Below, piece by piece: positions 19,771-32,964 of a DNA stretch of 64,000 nucleotides. This DNA is from Eledone cirrhosa (lineage: Eukaryota), in assembly GCA_964016885.1 (NCBI GenBank), contig OZ024757.1, positions 32,922,001 through 32,986,000 of the forward strand. Reading direction: 5' to 3'. A program made the position numbers and the translations under genes. The number at the start of each line of letters is the position of its first letter. The stretch's first letter is position 1. Under the pieces are notes generated by a model. It made no database searches, had not been told where the DNA came from, and was given only the letters and a program-made list of their open reading frames with translations.

Positions 19771-20924
19771 TATATAGGTATATATTCTTTGGAAGAAATT
19801 TGCTGTATTCAGACCTGGATGGGTTCTGCCCGGTTTTTAAAAAATTCCCAAGAAATGCTGTAAGTCAATAGGGCACCCCCCACGACTCCCTTAGGAGTTA
19901 TATAACTATACATACATTACAGATCGTTAGTTCATTAATGTTTTAGAATTCCAGGAGCCTGAATCCTTCCTCATTTCTCTCACCTAACCCATAATCATTG
20001 TGGATCCCATAGAAGCCATGTCCATTGACCCTTTAGCATTTAAACTGGCTAGAATTCTCTCACCTCTTTCTGTTCAAACTGGCCACTCATACTGATGTTA
20101 AGGTATTGTTTTCAAAATAAATATCAAAATCTCATGATTTCAATATTGTGTGATGTAAAGCCTTTACTATGAAAATATAACAGTAAATATAGAATAATGT
20201 GAAGGGTTAACCACCAATAATTTTCCATCCTTCTCAGAGACAGAAGGCAGCCAGTTTGAACAGAAAGAGGTGAGAGAATTCTGGCTGGATACGACCAGTT
20301 TAAATGCTAAAGGGTTAAGTGAAGAAAGGCTTTGCACAGGGCCAATCCCACTCTTTGAACATTCAATGCATTTACCCCAAAACCTCTTCCTGAGGTTGCC
20401 AGTGGGTCACCAGTACATGTTACCTGTCGCACTGAAGAACGACCTGACATCATCATCATTTAACGTCCGTGTTCCATGCTTGCATGGGTTTGGACGGGAG
20501 TTTTCCCACTTGAGGCAAGAGTGGTTGTCTTGCTCGCATAGGACTGTCTGGCGGGTTTTGTACAGTTGGATGCCCTTCCCAACACCAACCACATTTACAG
20601 TGTGGGGCTGGGAGGTTTTTACCGTGTTGCCTACACGGCCACATTACAGCGTGGACTGTCTGGCAGGTTTTCTACAGCTGGATGCCCTTCCCAACACCAA
20701 CCACATTTACAGTGTGGGACTGGGATGTTTTTACCGTGTTGCCTACACGGTCACATTACAGCGTGGACTGTGTTTTTTTTTGTCGTGACACCTACACGAT
20801 CTCATTTGTTTCGGCCTGGATTTTGTGGCACCAACATAACTTTACATTGAAAGGGGCGGTGTGGATGGGGTGGGGGTGTATTTTGTTAGAGATGCCTACT
20901 GACTGTAGTAGGTTTTACTTTGTA

Positions 20925-21990
20925 TTTAGGTAAGGCGGGTCTTCTCTATTACTGAGTACCGCCAAAGGTCTCGGTCCAGTGACATTGTCTTGGAGAGGTG
21001 TAAGTGTGTGAGGTCGGAATTTATCAGCTCGTCCCAAGTTTTTCTGGGTCTGCCTACTCCGTGGCTACCGTCTATCTTTATTGCCCTGCACTTTGTTATA
21101 CAGCTGTCGTCTTTCATGCGCATCACGTGACCATACCAACGTAGCCTTCTCTCGAGTAAACAACATCTTATCCCTCTTATTTCTAATTTTTTTTCCTTAG
21201 TTCGTTTATGCTTTGCCGTTCGCGTATATTACTATTACACATCCAGCGGAGCATGCAATCTTCGTTCCTCTCTAGTCTGCGTATATCCTCTGCACACAAT
21301 GCCCAGGTCTCACTGCCATGCAACATTGCTGTTCGTATGCAGGCATCATACAACCTGCCTTTCATTTTTAGGGAGAACCCTTTAGCGGCTAATAGTGGTA
21401 TAAGCTCTCTGAACTTTTTCCATCCAGTTCTGACTCTAGCTACTGTACTTTCGGAGCACCCTCCCCCACTGCTGATTTTATCACCCAGGTAACGGAAGCT
21501 GTCCACTATTTCTATAGAACCCTCTGCGCAGTTGAAAGAGCTAGTATTTTGTGGGCACTTGCTGCTACTTATTGCACCAGAGCACCGGCCACATGTAAAA
21601 TCTGTGTTCTTAGTTAGCTTACCTGTGATCTTTTATGCACCCATACTTTGCATTTGGGACATAAAATGGAGTTTCTACCTACGCACTGAGCATGGCCATT
21701 TCCCGGAAGGGACCGGCGCCTTATTTTCTTTCCTACAAACTAGAACTTTAGTCTTAGCCATGTTAATTTTAAGGCCTTTTGATTCTAGGCCGTGCTTCCA
21801 TGTTTGGAATTTCTTCTCTAGCTCGGCCATTGATTCAGCTATGAGCGTTAGGTCATCTGCGTATAGGAGTTCCCATGGGCAGCCGGTCTTGAACTCCTCT
21901 GCTATAGCCTGAAGAGCAATAATGAATAGTAGGAGGCTAAGAACAGAGCCCTGATGGACACCAACTTTTACGCTAAACTCTTCACTATAT
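20925..21990 (-). mobile_element. RTE-clade LINE RT/C-terminal relic
   Basis: GVHQGSVLSLLLF, LLYADDL, DSFRYLGD, MLHGSETWA, GRPRKTW across three broken ORFs. Confidence 0.9.
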
Positions 21991-22649
21991 TTTTCACATA
22001 TGTATATATACACGCAGACATATATATATTATAAGTTGGTAGATTACCTTTTAGTGCATTGTAATTGGTAGATCTTGAAGTATCCTGAGGTAAGCACTCA
22101 ACATCCTGAAGCATCCCAGAGATTTCCTCTGTTGGTCCAGTTGGAGTATATGCAGAGAAAAATAATCTTTTTACGTCCGCTTTTCCCTGCTGGCAAGTAT
22201 GCAAAATGGGTTTTTACAATAATTTATTCGTAAATTTTCCATTGCTAACTACACCTGATCCCACCCTCTGCCCTCCTTTCCTCCACCAATAACAGTCCCT
22301 GACTAACCAAATAGGCAGTTTCTCAACAGTATAATTGAAATAGTCATGGCAGATCATTTTAGAAAGGGGACTGAAATATTTCACATGTTCACAAATATGA
22401 CTGGAAGACCATGCAAACTCTACATCCCAGACACAGGAATCCAAACCCAATACCAACCTTCCAGGATCTACCCACTTCCTGTCAACTTAAAATCTTCAGG
22501 GCCACCACTATCAATGTTTGAAAGATGAAAGGGAAATCATGTGAGATTTTAGAATTATCTGAATGAAAGCAAGTGGATATGTTATGTACAAGAACCTGGT
22601 TCATTATGGACAAGAAACGTTTTTGTACAAGTTCTTCTAGATAGATAAT

Positions 22650-22830
22650 TGTTTCTACCTTTGGCACAAGGCCAGCAATTACCCAGTGCATTACTGGTAC
22701 TTTATTTTATCGACCCCGCAAGGATGAAAGGCAAAGTCAACCTCGGCGGGATTTGAACTCAGATCATAAAGGGACGTAACTATGCTGGAAAGCATGGCGT
22801 CCGACCCTCTACCGATACTGCCAATCCACT
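22650..22830 (-). mobile_element. tRNA-derived SINE with 19-bp TSD
   Basis: TSD gttcttctagatagataat at 22631-22649 and 22831-22849. Confidence 0.92.
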
Positions 22831-24953
22831 GTTCTTCTAGATAGATAATGATGTAGGACTGGGACGTGTAGGTATCCTGCTAGCAGAAAAATGGGTAATT
22901 GACATGGTGAGGGTAAATGATAGTCATTAAGCTTAGACTGGTTGAAGATGAGACGACTGCAACAATCATCTCTGCATATTCACCACAATCAGGATGGACA
23001 GACTAAGTAAAAGACCACTTTTATGAGACCCTTATGCTGACAACCTCTTTAACAAGCAAGAGTAACATTGTAATCATGTCTAACAATTTCAATGGTCAAT
23101 GTTGTGAAGGCTTCCTTGATGTCTATGAAGGCTTTTGATTCAGCACAAGAAATGCAGAGGGATCAGGGTTCATAGTGTTTTGTCATGGTAATGGTCTGAC
23201 TATCTGAAACTCAAACTTCAAAAAACCAGCCAACTACATCCAATCTAGGGCCTTCTAACTCCTGTTGGAGGAACCCCTCCCCAGTTGATCTACACTACTT
23301 CCTGTTTGGTTTTTATCATGTCAGAAATGTAACCGTACTCGCTACGCTTGGGCAATTGCAGGTTGATTAGAATATTTAACCATCAGTCTGCGTATATCCT
23401 CTGCACACAATGCCCAAGTCTCACTCTCATAAGATATAAAGAACAATCACTAACCTCAGTGATAAATAAGAAGCAAAGACAAACACATATATGTAATAGG
23501 TTTCCATGCAGTTTCTGTTTACCAATTACACCTTATTCAGCCCATAGAACCCTTGAATGATGATATTGGTGATAGGAAGGGCATCTTTGCTGTAAAAACC
23601 ATGCCTAAAAAGAGTTGAGAGGACTTTTACTATTAAGTTGTGTCATCGCTTGTGAACCTCTCTAGTGTTTGCACCCATTAGAAGCTGTAAAGTGGTTGGT
23701 GATAGGAAGCTCTTCCAGTCATAGAAAGCTTGCAAAACAAAGGGTTGTGTCAAAGACATGACAACCTCTCTTGTGCTGATGCACACAGAAGAATATGAGA
23801 CCATATGTAAGCAGGATGCAGACCCTTGACCTGTCTGGAAGGTCAGTAGCCGTACTTCAGTACTAACTTGGTCTGTGAGCACCCATTCAACCATTGCTAG
23901 CAGGAAAATTATTCATATCACAGTTAACTGGAGCCATCACCCAATCTTCTCATTAACTTTTTTAAAAAAACATAATATATATATGTAAATACACACATGC
24001 AAACAGAGACAAGAATAAATAAATAAATAAAATAAAAATGGTGTAGGCATTACAATACAAATGGTGTAGGCATTACAATACAACGGGAGGAAACATAATA
24101 GTACCACTGATGATGTATTTTTAACCGTTAGTCAATCAATGATAAACATTGATTGCCAGATAAATCAACTATAGAGATAGAAAAGATACAGAAGCGAAAA
24201 CCAACCCAAACCAAACAGCAAGCGTGTTCTGTTATCATTTCTGGCAATATCATAGCAATATGCCCCTCCCCAAGTATAAATATATATATGTATGTGTGTG
24301 TATATATACATATGTATATGTGTGTGTGCATGTATATATATTACGTACCATTGCATCAAAACCTGGTTTTTGGTTGACAATTATAAGGAGACAATGTACG
24401 TACGATAGAAAGGGTTCTTCAGTTGTTTCAAATATGTTTAGTACCACAATAAATGGCTTTCATAATTCTAGGATCCAATCGGTGCAACGATATCTATGGC
24501 AATATTTGAGGCTGAGAAAGAAGTTACAAAGTCTTTGATAAACTCAAAAGAGAGATTAACCCTTTAGCATTTAAACTGGCCAGAATCCTTTCACCTCTTT
24601 CTGTTCAAACTGGCCATAACTGGTAACTCATACTGATGTTAAGGAATTGTTCTAAAATCAAAATTTCATAGATTCAATATTATGTTAGATAAAGTGTTTA
24701 CAATAGTAAATATAGGGTTAAACAGAAGATACAAACTAAGAGAACAGAACTTTTCTGATTCAGATCCCTGGTGTGGTCCCTTTCACACCACCAGTCTCAT
24801 CATTGTTATTAATAGTCTTTGTGGAAGGGGTTGATCTGTTTTACACTACCCCCATCCTTGTTATCACTAGAGACTTTTATTGATCTTTTTAAAATACCCA
24901 CCAACTCAGTCTTTTGGGAGTTCTTTTGCACCCCCTCCCATTCTTGTTATCAC

Positions 24954-26380
24954 AAAAGGGTGACCGCACATCACCTGTGAACTATCGTCCAGTCAGTCTT
25001 ACTAGTTGCATCGCCAAACTGATGGAATCCTGTGTCAGAGAAACACTTTGGAACTTCTGGAGCTCTCACAGTCTTATCCGGCCCTCGCAATTTGGATTTA
25101 TCCCCAACTCCAGCTGCTGTGATCAACTTATTGAGTTTCTTGAGGACATCACCCGGATCACTGATGGCGGCTCATGGGTGGATGTTGTTTACCTTGACTT
25201 TGCGAAGGCCTTCAATTCTGTGCCACACAAAAGGCTTATGGCAAAACTCTCTGCAATGGGTGTGAAGGATGATCTTTTTAACTGGTTGAAGTCCTTCATT
25301 CTCAGTCGAAGAGAGGTAGTCACGGTTCTGGGACAGCATTCCTCGCCATCTCAGATGTCATCTGGTGTACCTCAGGGATCTGTTCTTGGCCCCCTTTTGT
25401 TTGTGGCATATATTAATGACATAGATGCCAACTTAAGGAATGCCACAGTACTAAAGTACGCAGACGACATCAAGCTGTACCTTGAGATAAAAAGGACAGA
25501 TCCTGAACACTATAGATCTTGCTTGCAGTCTGACCTGGACACAATGCAACAGTGGATCTCAGACTGGCAACTCAAGCTAGCTGTGGACAAGTGCACCACC
25601 ATGCATTTTGGGAGTAAAAACCCAGCGTCCACATACTCCCTCCACAGCACTAATATCAAGAAGTCTTCTTGTGAACGTGACCTGGGCATTACGGTCAGCA
25701 GCGATTTGCGTTGGACGAGGCACGTCTCTAAAATTGTCAAGAGGGCCGAGGGTGTCTTAGCATCACTCAGCAAGACCTTTGTCAGCCGCTCTCCAGATAT
25801 CTATTTAAGGCTGTATACAGCTATGGTGCGACCACACTTAGAATTTGCATCACCAGTCTGGAACCCCTATCTTTCTCAGGACATTGACCGCCTGGAAACT
25901 GTTCAGAGACGTGCATCCAAGCGAATACCCTCCATCAGGCATCTACCATACTCTGAGCGCCTGGCTTCCCTGGGCATGGATTCATTGAAGCTCCGACGCG
26001 TGGCAACTGACTTGGTAAACACCCACAAAATTGTTAACCATGTTGCTAACAACAACCCTGAGTGCCTTTTCGATTTCCATGTGTCTAACACACGTGGACA
26101 TGCCCACAAAGTAAGAAAACAGCACAGTTCCCATGACTTTCGGAAACATTTTTTCACGCTCAGAGTTGCTGAAGCATGGAACAAACTACCTGCATCAGTT
26201 GTTAGCTGTCGAGACACTGCATCCTTTAAGGCCTCCATGCTTCCCGAGATCCGCCAACACTACAGCTAACACATACACACATGTACTTACCTGACATTTG
26301 TGTATTATTCTATGTACTTTCTTGACGAGTTGTAGTGCACCTGAGTACTTTACACAATAATTTCATTATTATTATTATTT
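24954..26380 (+). mobile_element. 5'-truncated CR1-clade LINE with uninterrupted RT ORF
   Basis: NYRPVSLTS, YLDFAKAF, GVPQGSVLGPLLF, YADD, ERDLGI, VRPHLEFASPVWNP; stop at 26269; (ATT)n tail; no endonuclease domain. Confidence 0.95.
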
Positions 26381-27589
26381 ACTACAGCCCCAGGATGGTC
26401 CCTTGTTAAAACAAATTAAAATATTGCATCTCCTTTGGTGGTCCCTTGTTATCACTACACCTACTTTGGTGGTCCCTAAAATATGGCATAAAAATACTTT
26501 AGTCAGACAATTATCATGACAAAACACTATGAATCTTGATCTCTCTGCATTTCTTGTGCTGAATCAAAAGCCTTCATAGACACCAACTGTAATGACAAGA
26601 ATGGTGGGAGTGTAAAAAGGACCATCCTCACACAATACCCCTCCCCCCACAAAAAACACAGAAGTCAATTTTAAAAAAAAATTCCATATAGGGGAAATAA
26701 CTCTAAATAAAGGAATATAACTCTAATCAAATTTAGAGAAGAAGCGTTGCTCGCGCGGTCCAGCACATAATCCATGCTGCCAACAAGGCCGCCGATTCGA
26801 TCTTCAGACTCATAGAACTGTCATGACATACATAAGTAGCTGACAAAGCCCTAACCGCTACGCTCATCTCCACGTGAAGCTGCAATACTACGAAGTAAAT
26901 TATTTATAAAAAAAAAAATGGTAATAGATCTTTATTTTGGAATGAAAAATAGATGCAAACCATCGATCCTAGTAATTAGTATCAATCACTAATCGATTTT
27001 GGGAATAAGAATCTTAAGACCATGATTTTAATCATCGTTATATGTATTGATTAAACCTAAATTTAGTATATGTATATATAAAGTTAAGTTAAAATATATT
27101 CTAAGCTTATCACCAGTTTCCTGAGAGTAAAAGCCTCTCCCTGGACATTTAAGATATAAAAAATAGACATCATAACTAAACCATTTTCTCTTTATAGATG
27201 GACACACACATAAAGGTACATCGTCTATTCTAAGAAACTAAACTAAGCCATTTTGACACTATATGCATACATTCTAAGAAATATAACTCAAGCTTCTCTC
27301 TACACACACACTGTTATCTCTCTATAAACCTTATCATTTTGGATATTTTATTCATGTAAAGAGGTATGTAATATTTTATTTGCTCAGTATATTAGACTTT
27401 CTTAAATACTTTCTAAACCTTGTCAACACTCGCAGATATTCTTGAGACACAAAAATATGTTTTACTACCTCCTCTATACAAGAAGAAACCTTTCCTTTTT
27501 AGTGATGTAGCTCTCATCCTCAATAATGATTTCTTTATTAACCACAAGGGTTTACATAAAGTAGACATTAAGGACAATACAGGACGGTA

Positions 27590-28170
27590 CAAATGGGCAT
27601 TTCTGCGTGTAAAAAACAAAAACAGGATGTAACAAAAAAATAACAATGAAAAATTCCCTAATAGGGGGGAGACTTCGGAGGGACATTTGTGGAGAAAGCC
27701 CAGTAAAAGGCCACAGTGACCCTGACCACCAAGGCAAGTGCCCTTCTCAGTTTTCCACCTTTAATTTACAGATACGTACTCAGAGTAGGCCCATTCACTC
27801 GGGCCATTCTTGCTTCTCTCACCCATCTTTCAACAAAATGCTGGAAAGAGAGCACTTCCCTCTCTACCCTGATTTTCCTTTTCAAATGAAATTTGAAAAA
27901 GTTAATCAGGGCATCACCGAAGAGGTAAGTGCTCGTCTTCAGCCCTTTCAAACGTGTCCACCATACTATCTCTTTCGCCATGTCCACCAGATAGATAAAA
28001 ACTGTCTGCCCTTCCCGGCTAAACGAAGAGGGCGGGGCAATCCTCACGATGGACTCAGTTGATAGCCGGATCCGTCCTACACGCGACAGCAGGTGTTCGA
28101 CATAAACCCACATGTCAGCAATTTTCGGACACTGTCTCCAGGCGCTCCCTCTCGGTCTTCGCTTGACACA
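27590..28170 (-). mobile_element. L1/Tx1-like LINE ORF2 C-terminus and 3'UTR relic
   Basis: QCPKIADMW...AKEIVWWTR...KIRVER...FVERW; homologous fragment at 46270-46610 (KVRVER..FTERW). Confidence 0.65.
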
Positions 28171-28403
28171 GCTCCGTTTCCTTGACGTCAAGGAAACGGA
28201 GCTGCAGTCCTCAATAATAAAATAGTTTTATGGTCGTCTACTGGTCTCTAAATTTGGGAACATCACTCATTTAAAATCATTTCTACAGCTGAGTGATCTG
28301 GAACAACGTGAAATGAAATGTCTCAAGAACACAACACATAGCCCGGTGTGTGAATCGAACTCACAACCTCACGATTGTAAAGCCCGTCTTCACGTAAACA
28401 CTT

Positions 28404-28503
28404 TGCACATGCGCATTAGAAAAAATAAAATGGCTGCTGGAAGAACTTCATGTTTTCCAACATGAATAAAAAACGTGGATTTTACTATTTTACGGAGGTA
28501 AAG
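28404..28503 (+). promoter_or_regulatory. Promoter-like cassette: NRF1-like site, YY1/TISU motif, short first exon, 5' splice site
   Basis: TGCACATGCGCA 28404-28415, AAAATGGCTGC 28427-28437, GGAG|GTAAAG at 28497/28498. Confidence 0.45.
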
Positions 28504-28899
28504 TAAAGCTTTGTTTTATGTTTATTTGCGATGTAGTATTGTATTTCTTTTTATTATTATTCAAGTTGGTAAATAATATATTTCCAGTTTGAAAAAAAAA
28601 AAAATAAACGAAATGGGGCGGGTCATCGTTTATCGCTCTTTTAACGTACGTAACATAGAACCATTTCCATGTTTAGTTTCTTCTTGCGTAACTTCGTTTA
28701 CTGTCCTTTTCATCTACATTCTTTAGAAACTTTATTTACATTCTAAGTTGTCAACAGTGGGTGGAGTTCCTCGCCACTAATTCCGAGTGTTACCCCACTG
28801 TCATACCGTTTCTATAAATATAACAGTGTATATAAGAAGAACTAGTATTTTGTAGATATATAACAGGATATATTCGAATAGAAGGAGGTACCAAACATC

Positions 28900-29040
28900 C
28901 ACTGTCATCGCCCCCGGTTCTCCTCTCACTAATATGAGCAAATGGGGTCCTTCGCTGGCCACCCCACAGCCCTGGTGGACAGAATAGAGAATGCGTTTCC
29001 CCGGAGAAGGGAGATGCCCTGGAAGAGCCGTTCCAGTGCC
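28900..29040 (-). mobile_element. CRE-clade retrotransposon extreme C-terminal relic
   Basis: LERLFQGISLLRGNAFSIL resembles the RLE-element terminus (Q..S...QRGNA..I). Confidence 0.5.
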
Positions 29041-29726
29041 TATAATATATATATCAAATATATAAAAACCGTAGAGTTTCAGAAGATCCCGTTAAGTTTA
29101 TATATATATGTCTTCCTAATAAATGTAGCGGTCCTGGCGTCAGTATGGAGGTAAGTAATCTATATTTTTAATTATTCATTAAAGAAAAAAATATAAACGA
29201 AATGAATGGAGGTAATTGGTTCGGAATAGAGATTTTCATAAGAAAATTGTTAGTGCGTTGGTCTCAAGACGATATTTCTAATGAATATAATTTCATAATT
29301 TATAGAGAAAAAATGGTTCAGAGGTCGAATCCCTCATCGTCACAATACCACCAATGCGCTAATAATTTTCTTGTAAAAATATCTTTACTCAGAACCCCAA
29401 ATTACCTCCCTTCGTTTCGTTTATATTTTTTTTAAACAAAAATTGTGAAAAGTACCCATAAGTATGTGTTTGGAACTCAGTAGAATTGCGGCCTTCGAGG
29501 TGGCGCGCGAGCTGCGTCTCGGATCGCCAGTCCCAGTGACTGACGTTCGTTTCGTAGTGGCGTGCGACTGCTAAAAGGGCCTGGGACTGTCTGGGCCGGT
29601 ACGTAGATACCTGGCCCGTCCCAGACCACCTCGGAGAATTTTTTTACTAAAAAAAACTTCGATTATCTCCCCTTGGATTTTATCTCCCTTGATTTTCAGA
29701 ATCCATTTTCTGATTTAGATTCTTCA

Positions 29727-30437
29727 GAAACACTTATTTCATATAGATTTTTTTTTTCGACTTTTCAAAAACACTCATTTCATACAGATTTTTTTTTCGA
29801 CTTTTCAAAAACACTCGTTTCATATAGATTTTTTTTTCGACTTTTCAAAAACACTCATTTCATACAGATTTTTTTTTCGACTTTTCAAAAACACTCATTT
29901 CATACAGATTTTTTTTTCGACTTTTCAAAAACACCCTTTTCATACAGATTTTTTTTTCGACTTTTCAAAAACACTCATTTCATACAGATTTTTTTTTCGA
30001 CTTTTCAAAAACACTCATTTCATACAGATTTTTTTTTCGACTTTTCAAAAACACTCGTTTCATACAGATTTTTTTTTCGACTTTTCAAAAACACCCGTTT
30101 CATACAGATTTTTTTTTCGACTTTTCAAAAACACTCGTTTCATACAGATTTTTTTTTCGACTTTTCAAAAACACCCGTTTCATCTAGATTTTTTTTTCGA
30201 CTTTTCAAAAACACCCGTTTCATATAGATTTTTTTTTCGACTTTTCAAAAACACCCGTTTCATATAGATTTTTTTTTCGACTTTTCAAAAACACCCGTTT
30301 CATATAGATTTTTTTTTCGACTTTTCAAAAACACTCATTTCATACAGATTTTTTTTTCGACTTTTCAAAAACACTCATTTCATACAGATTTTTTTTTCAA
30401 CTTTTCAAAAACACCCGTTTCATATAGATTTTTTTTT
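29727..30437. repeat. 40-bp minisatellite, ~17-18 copies
   Basis: Unit catacagattttttttt-cgacttttcaaaaacactcattt. Confidence 0.97.
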
Positions 30438-30640
30438 GACACTTCATTTAGATTCTTAATTTCTTTTTAGACACTTCACTTACATTCTTGGTTTCTTTTT
30501 AGACACTTCATTTAGATTCTTAATTTGTTTTTAGACACTTCATTTAGATTCTTAGACACTTCACTTACATTCTTAATTTGTTTTTAGACACTTCATTTAG
30601 ATTCTTAATTTGTTTTTAGACACTTCATTTACATTCTTAT
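30438..30640. repeat. ~32-bp degenerate tandem repeat (agacacttcatttagattcttaatttgttttt)
   Basis: Same family at 18545-18700 (opposite strand) and 37335-37710. Confidence 0.9.
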
Positions 30641-31469
30641 TATTCAAGGGAGACAACTCTTTATAAACATGAGTTGTCTCCCTTGATGTTTAATAAAGGG
30701 AGATAACTCTTTATGAGCATGAGTTGTCTCCCTTTTATTAAAAAAAAATCAGCGTTATCTCCCTTTTTATAGAACTGTTTGAAAGAGTTTTTTTACTGTT
30801 GTATTAGGATGCTTTATTTAGACAGTCCCTTCAATCACAAGAGCGTTTATAACTCGTTAGTATATAATCTGTAAGGATTTCTTTAACAGAAACCTTGTTT
30901 ATGAGGGCTACAAGCTAATATTTTTTTTGTTAAAATAAACTGAACACAACTCGTATTTAAAAGTGTAAAGATTTCTTTATTAACTAAATAATATTTAAAC
31001 ATTTCTTTTTATTAACAGACACTTCATCGCTGTTCAGGAAACTTGGACTTGTAAATACTTTCACAATCAAAACCTTCTTTCAGTGGTTGCAGCAAACAAC
31101 ACAGCATCTGACCGAGAAGGCTGGACATCTGTAAGAAAGATGAAAAACAATAAAATAAATGTTACTTCATAAAATTCTTCTAACTTTTACTATAAGATGT
31201 ATACATAATAAAATATATATATTTAAGTATGTTGTCAATAAAAAGAAATTCAAGTTTATCAAATTCTTCCGACTTTGTCTTTTACTATAAATATATATGT
31301 ATATACATAAAGCATGTATATGCATTTAAGTACAGAAAAGAGGAAAACCTACGTTCGGTACATTAAATGAGACGGCCTAGACCGACCAAATGGGATGTGT
31401 GTGCAGCGACGGTTACTGCGTTGAGCAAGGTGTACTCGGGTCAAACCGGCGAAGGGATCAAGCAACAAA

Positions 31470-31670
31470 CGGAGGGGGGACAGATATTACACCCAAGTCT
31501 GACCCACAGACGAAAGGGGAAAGGAAGGAATTAATGGCCAGAGACATCCATTACAACAGCCAACTCCCATATCAAGTGGGGCTACTGTCTTTCTGGGTGT
31601 GAGAGGTGGATTCTCACAGCCGACATGGAACGAAGAATCCAGTCATTCGAGCACAAGTCCTTCAGCTACA
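31470..31670 (+). mobile_element. RTE LINE C-terminal relic
   Basis: LSGCERWILTADMERRIQSFEHK resembles the RTE LYGCETW motif. Confidence 0.65.
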
Positions 31671-32701
31671 CACCCTTGTACACAGAGCACAAGTCCTTTA
31701 GAAGGCTGCTACACAGAGCACAAGTCCATCAGGCTGTACCGGTGGCACCCCAACGACGGGCTGTACTAGTGTGGGACCCCAACCAATAGCAGCACCAGTT
31801 ACCGGGGAACATGTTGACAAAGTCCTTCAAAATAAATTTACAACAAAACCCGAGGATATCATGAAAGAAACAATATATTTAACAACTTAAATAAAAAATA
31901 AACTACGTTAAATTTTATTTTATTATATATATACATACATACACACACACACACACATATATATATACATACACATATATATATACATACACACACACAC
32001 ATATATATATACATACACACACACACACATATATATATACATACATACACACACACACATATATATATACATACATACACACACACATATATATATATAT
32101 ATGACTGGTGGTCATCGAGCTGTCCAGCTAGTTTGTCTACCAACATATGAAAGAATTATAATTATACATCTCCTATATTTTGTCTGAGGAGGACGTGTTT
32201 TGCTTTATGTTATACATAAAACTTCTATATAATAAAATAAATAAAGATGAAATAAAGTATATATCTTTCGTTTATTACTAGAAGTCTATGTACACGTATA
32301 TATTTAAATATATACACATGCATGTACGAACATACAAGTATATTATATATATACGACTATGTTCAAAAAGTATCTTTAGACATCATATATATACCTATAG
32401 AAATGTATATATAATACATTAGAAGTATATATATATATACCTATAAAAGTGTATATATACGTATAGAAGTAGAAATGTATATACCTATAAAAGTGTATAT
32501 ATATAAATTAGTGAAATATGTGGAGTTATATTATAACTATATATATATTAGTGAGATTTGTGGAGGTGTTATAATATAAACACCAGCACGTGGGGGTGTC
32601 ACCGTAGCTTAATTGTCGTTTAAATAATTATTCATGACAAAATCAATGGAAATAAAGAGAGAATGTTTCAATAAAACTCTTCAACATAAAATAAAACTTT
32701 A

Positions 32702-32854
32702 CTTTACCTCCGTAAAAATGGTAAAATCCGAGTTTTTAACGTTTTTTATTCAGCTTAGAAAACATTGACTTTTCCCAGCGGCCATTTTAGCTTTACTAAA
32801 CAGAGTTACTTCAATTACGCATGCGCAAAAGTTTGGTCTTCAAAGCGCATGCGC
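32702..32854 (-). promoter_or_regulatory. Promoter-like cassette: two NRF1 sites, YY1/TISU motif, short first exon, 5' splice site
   Basis: GCGCATGCGC 32845-32854 and 32817-32827, AAAATGGCCGC 32778-32788, GGAG|GTAAAG at 32708/32707. Confidence 0.55.
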
Positions 32855-32964
32855 GTGTTGTATATAATAATAATAATTGTTTCTACTTTAGGCACAAGGC
32901 CAGCAATTACCCAGTGCATTACTGGTACTTTATTTTATCGACCCTGTAAGGATGAAAGGCAAAG

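Noticed and set aside
24914-24953. N-terminus of the 451-aa ORF as a host gene start
   Set aside because: Non-ATG start in flanking repeat DNA upstream of the LINE truncation point.
29673-30227. 184-aa Phe-rich ORF
   Set aside because: Read-through of the 40-bp satellite cycling through frames.
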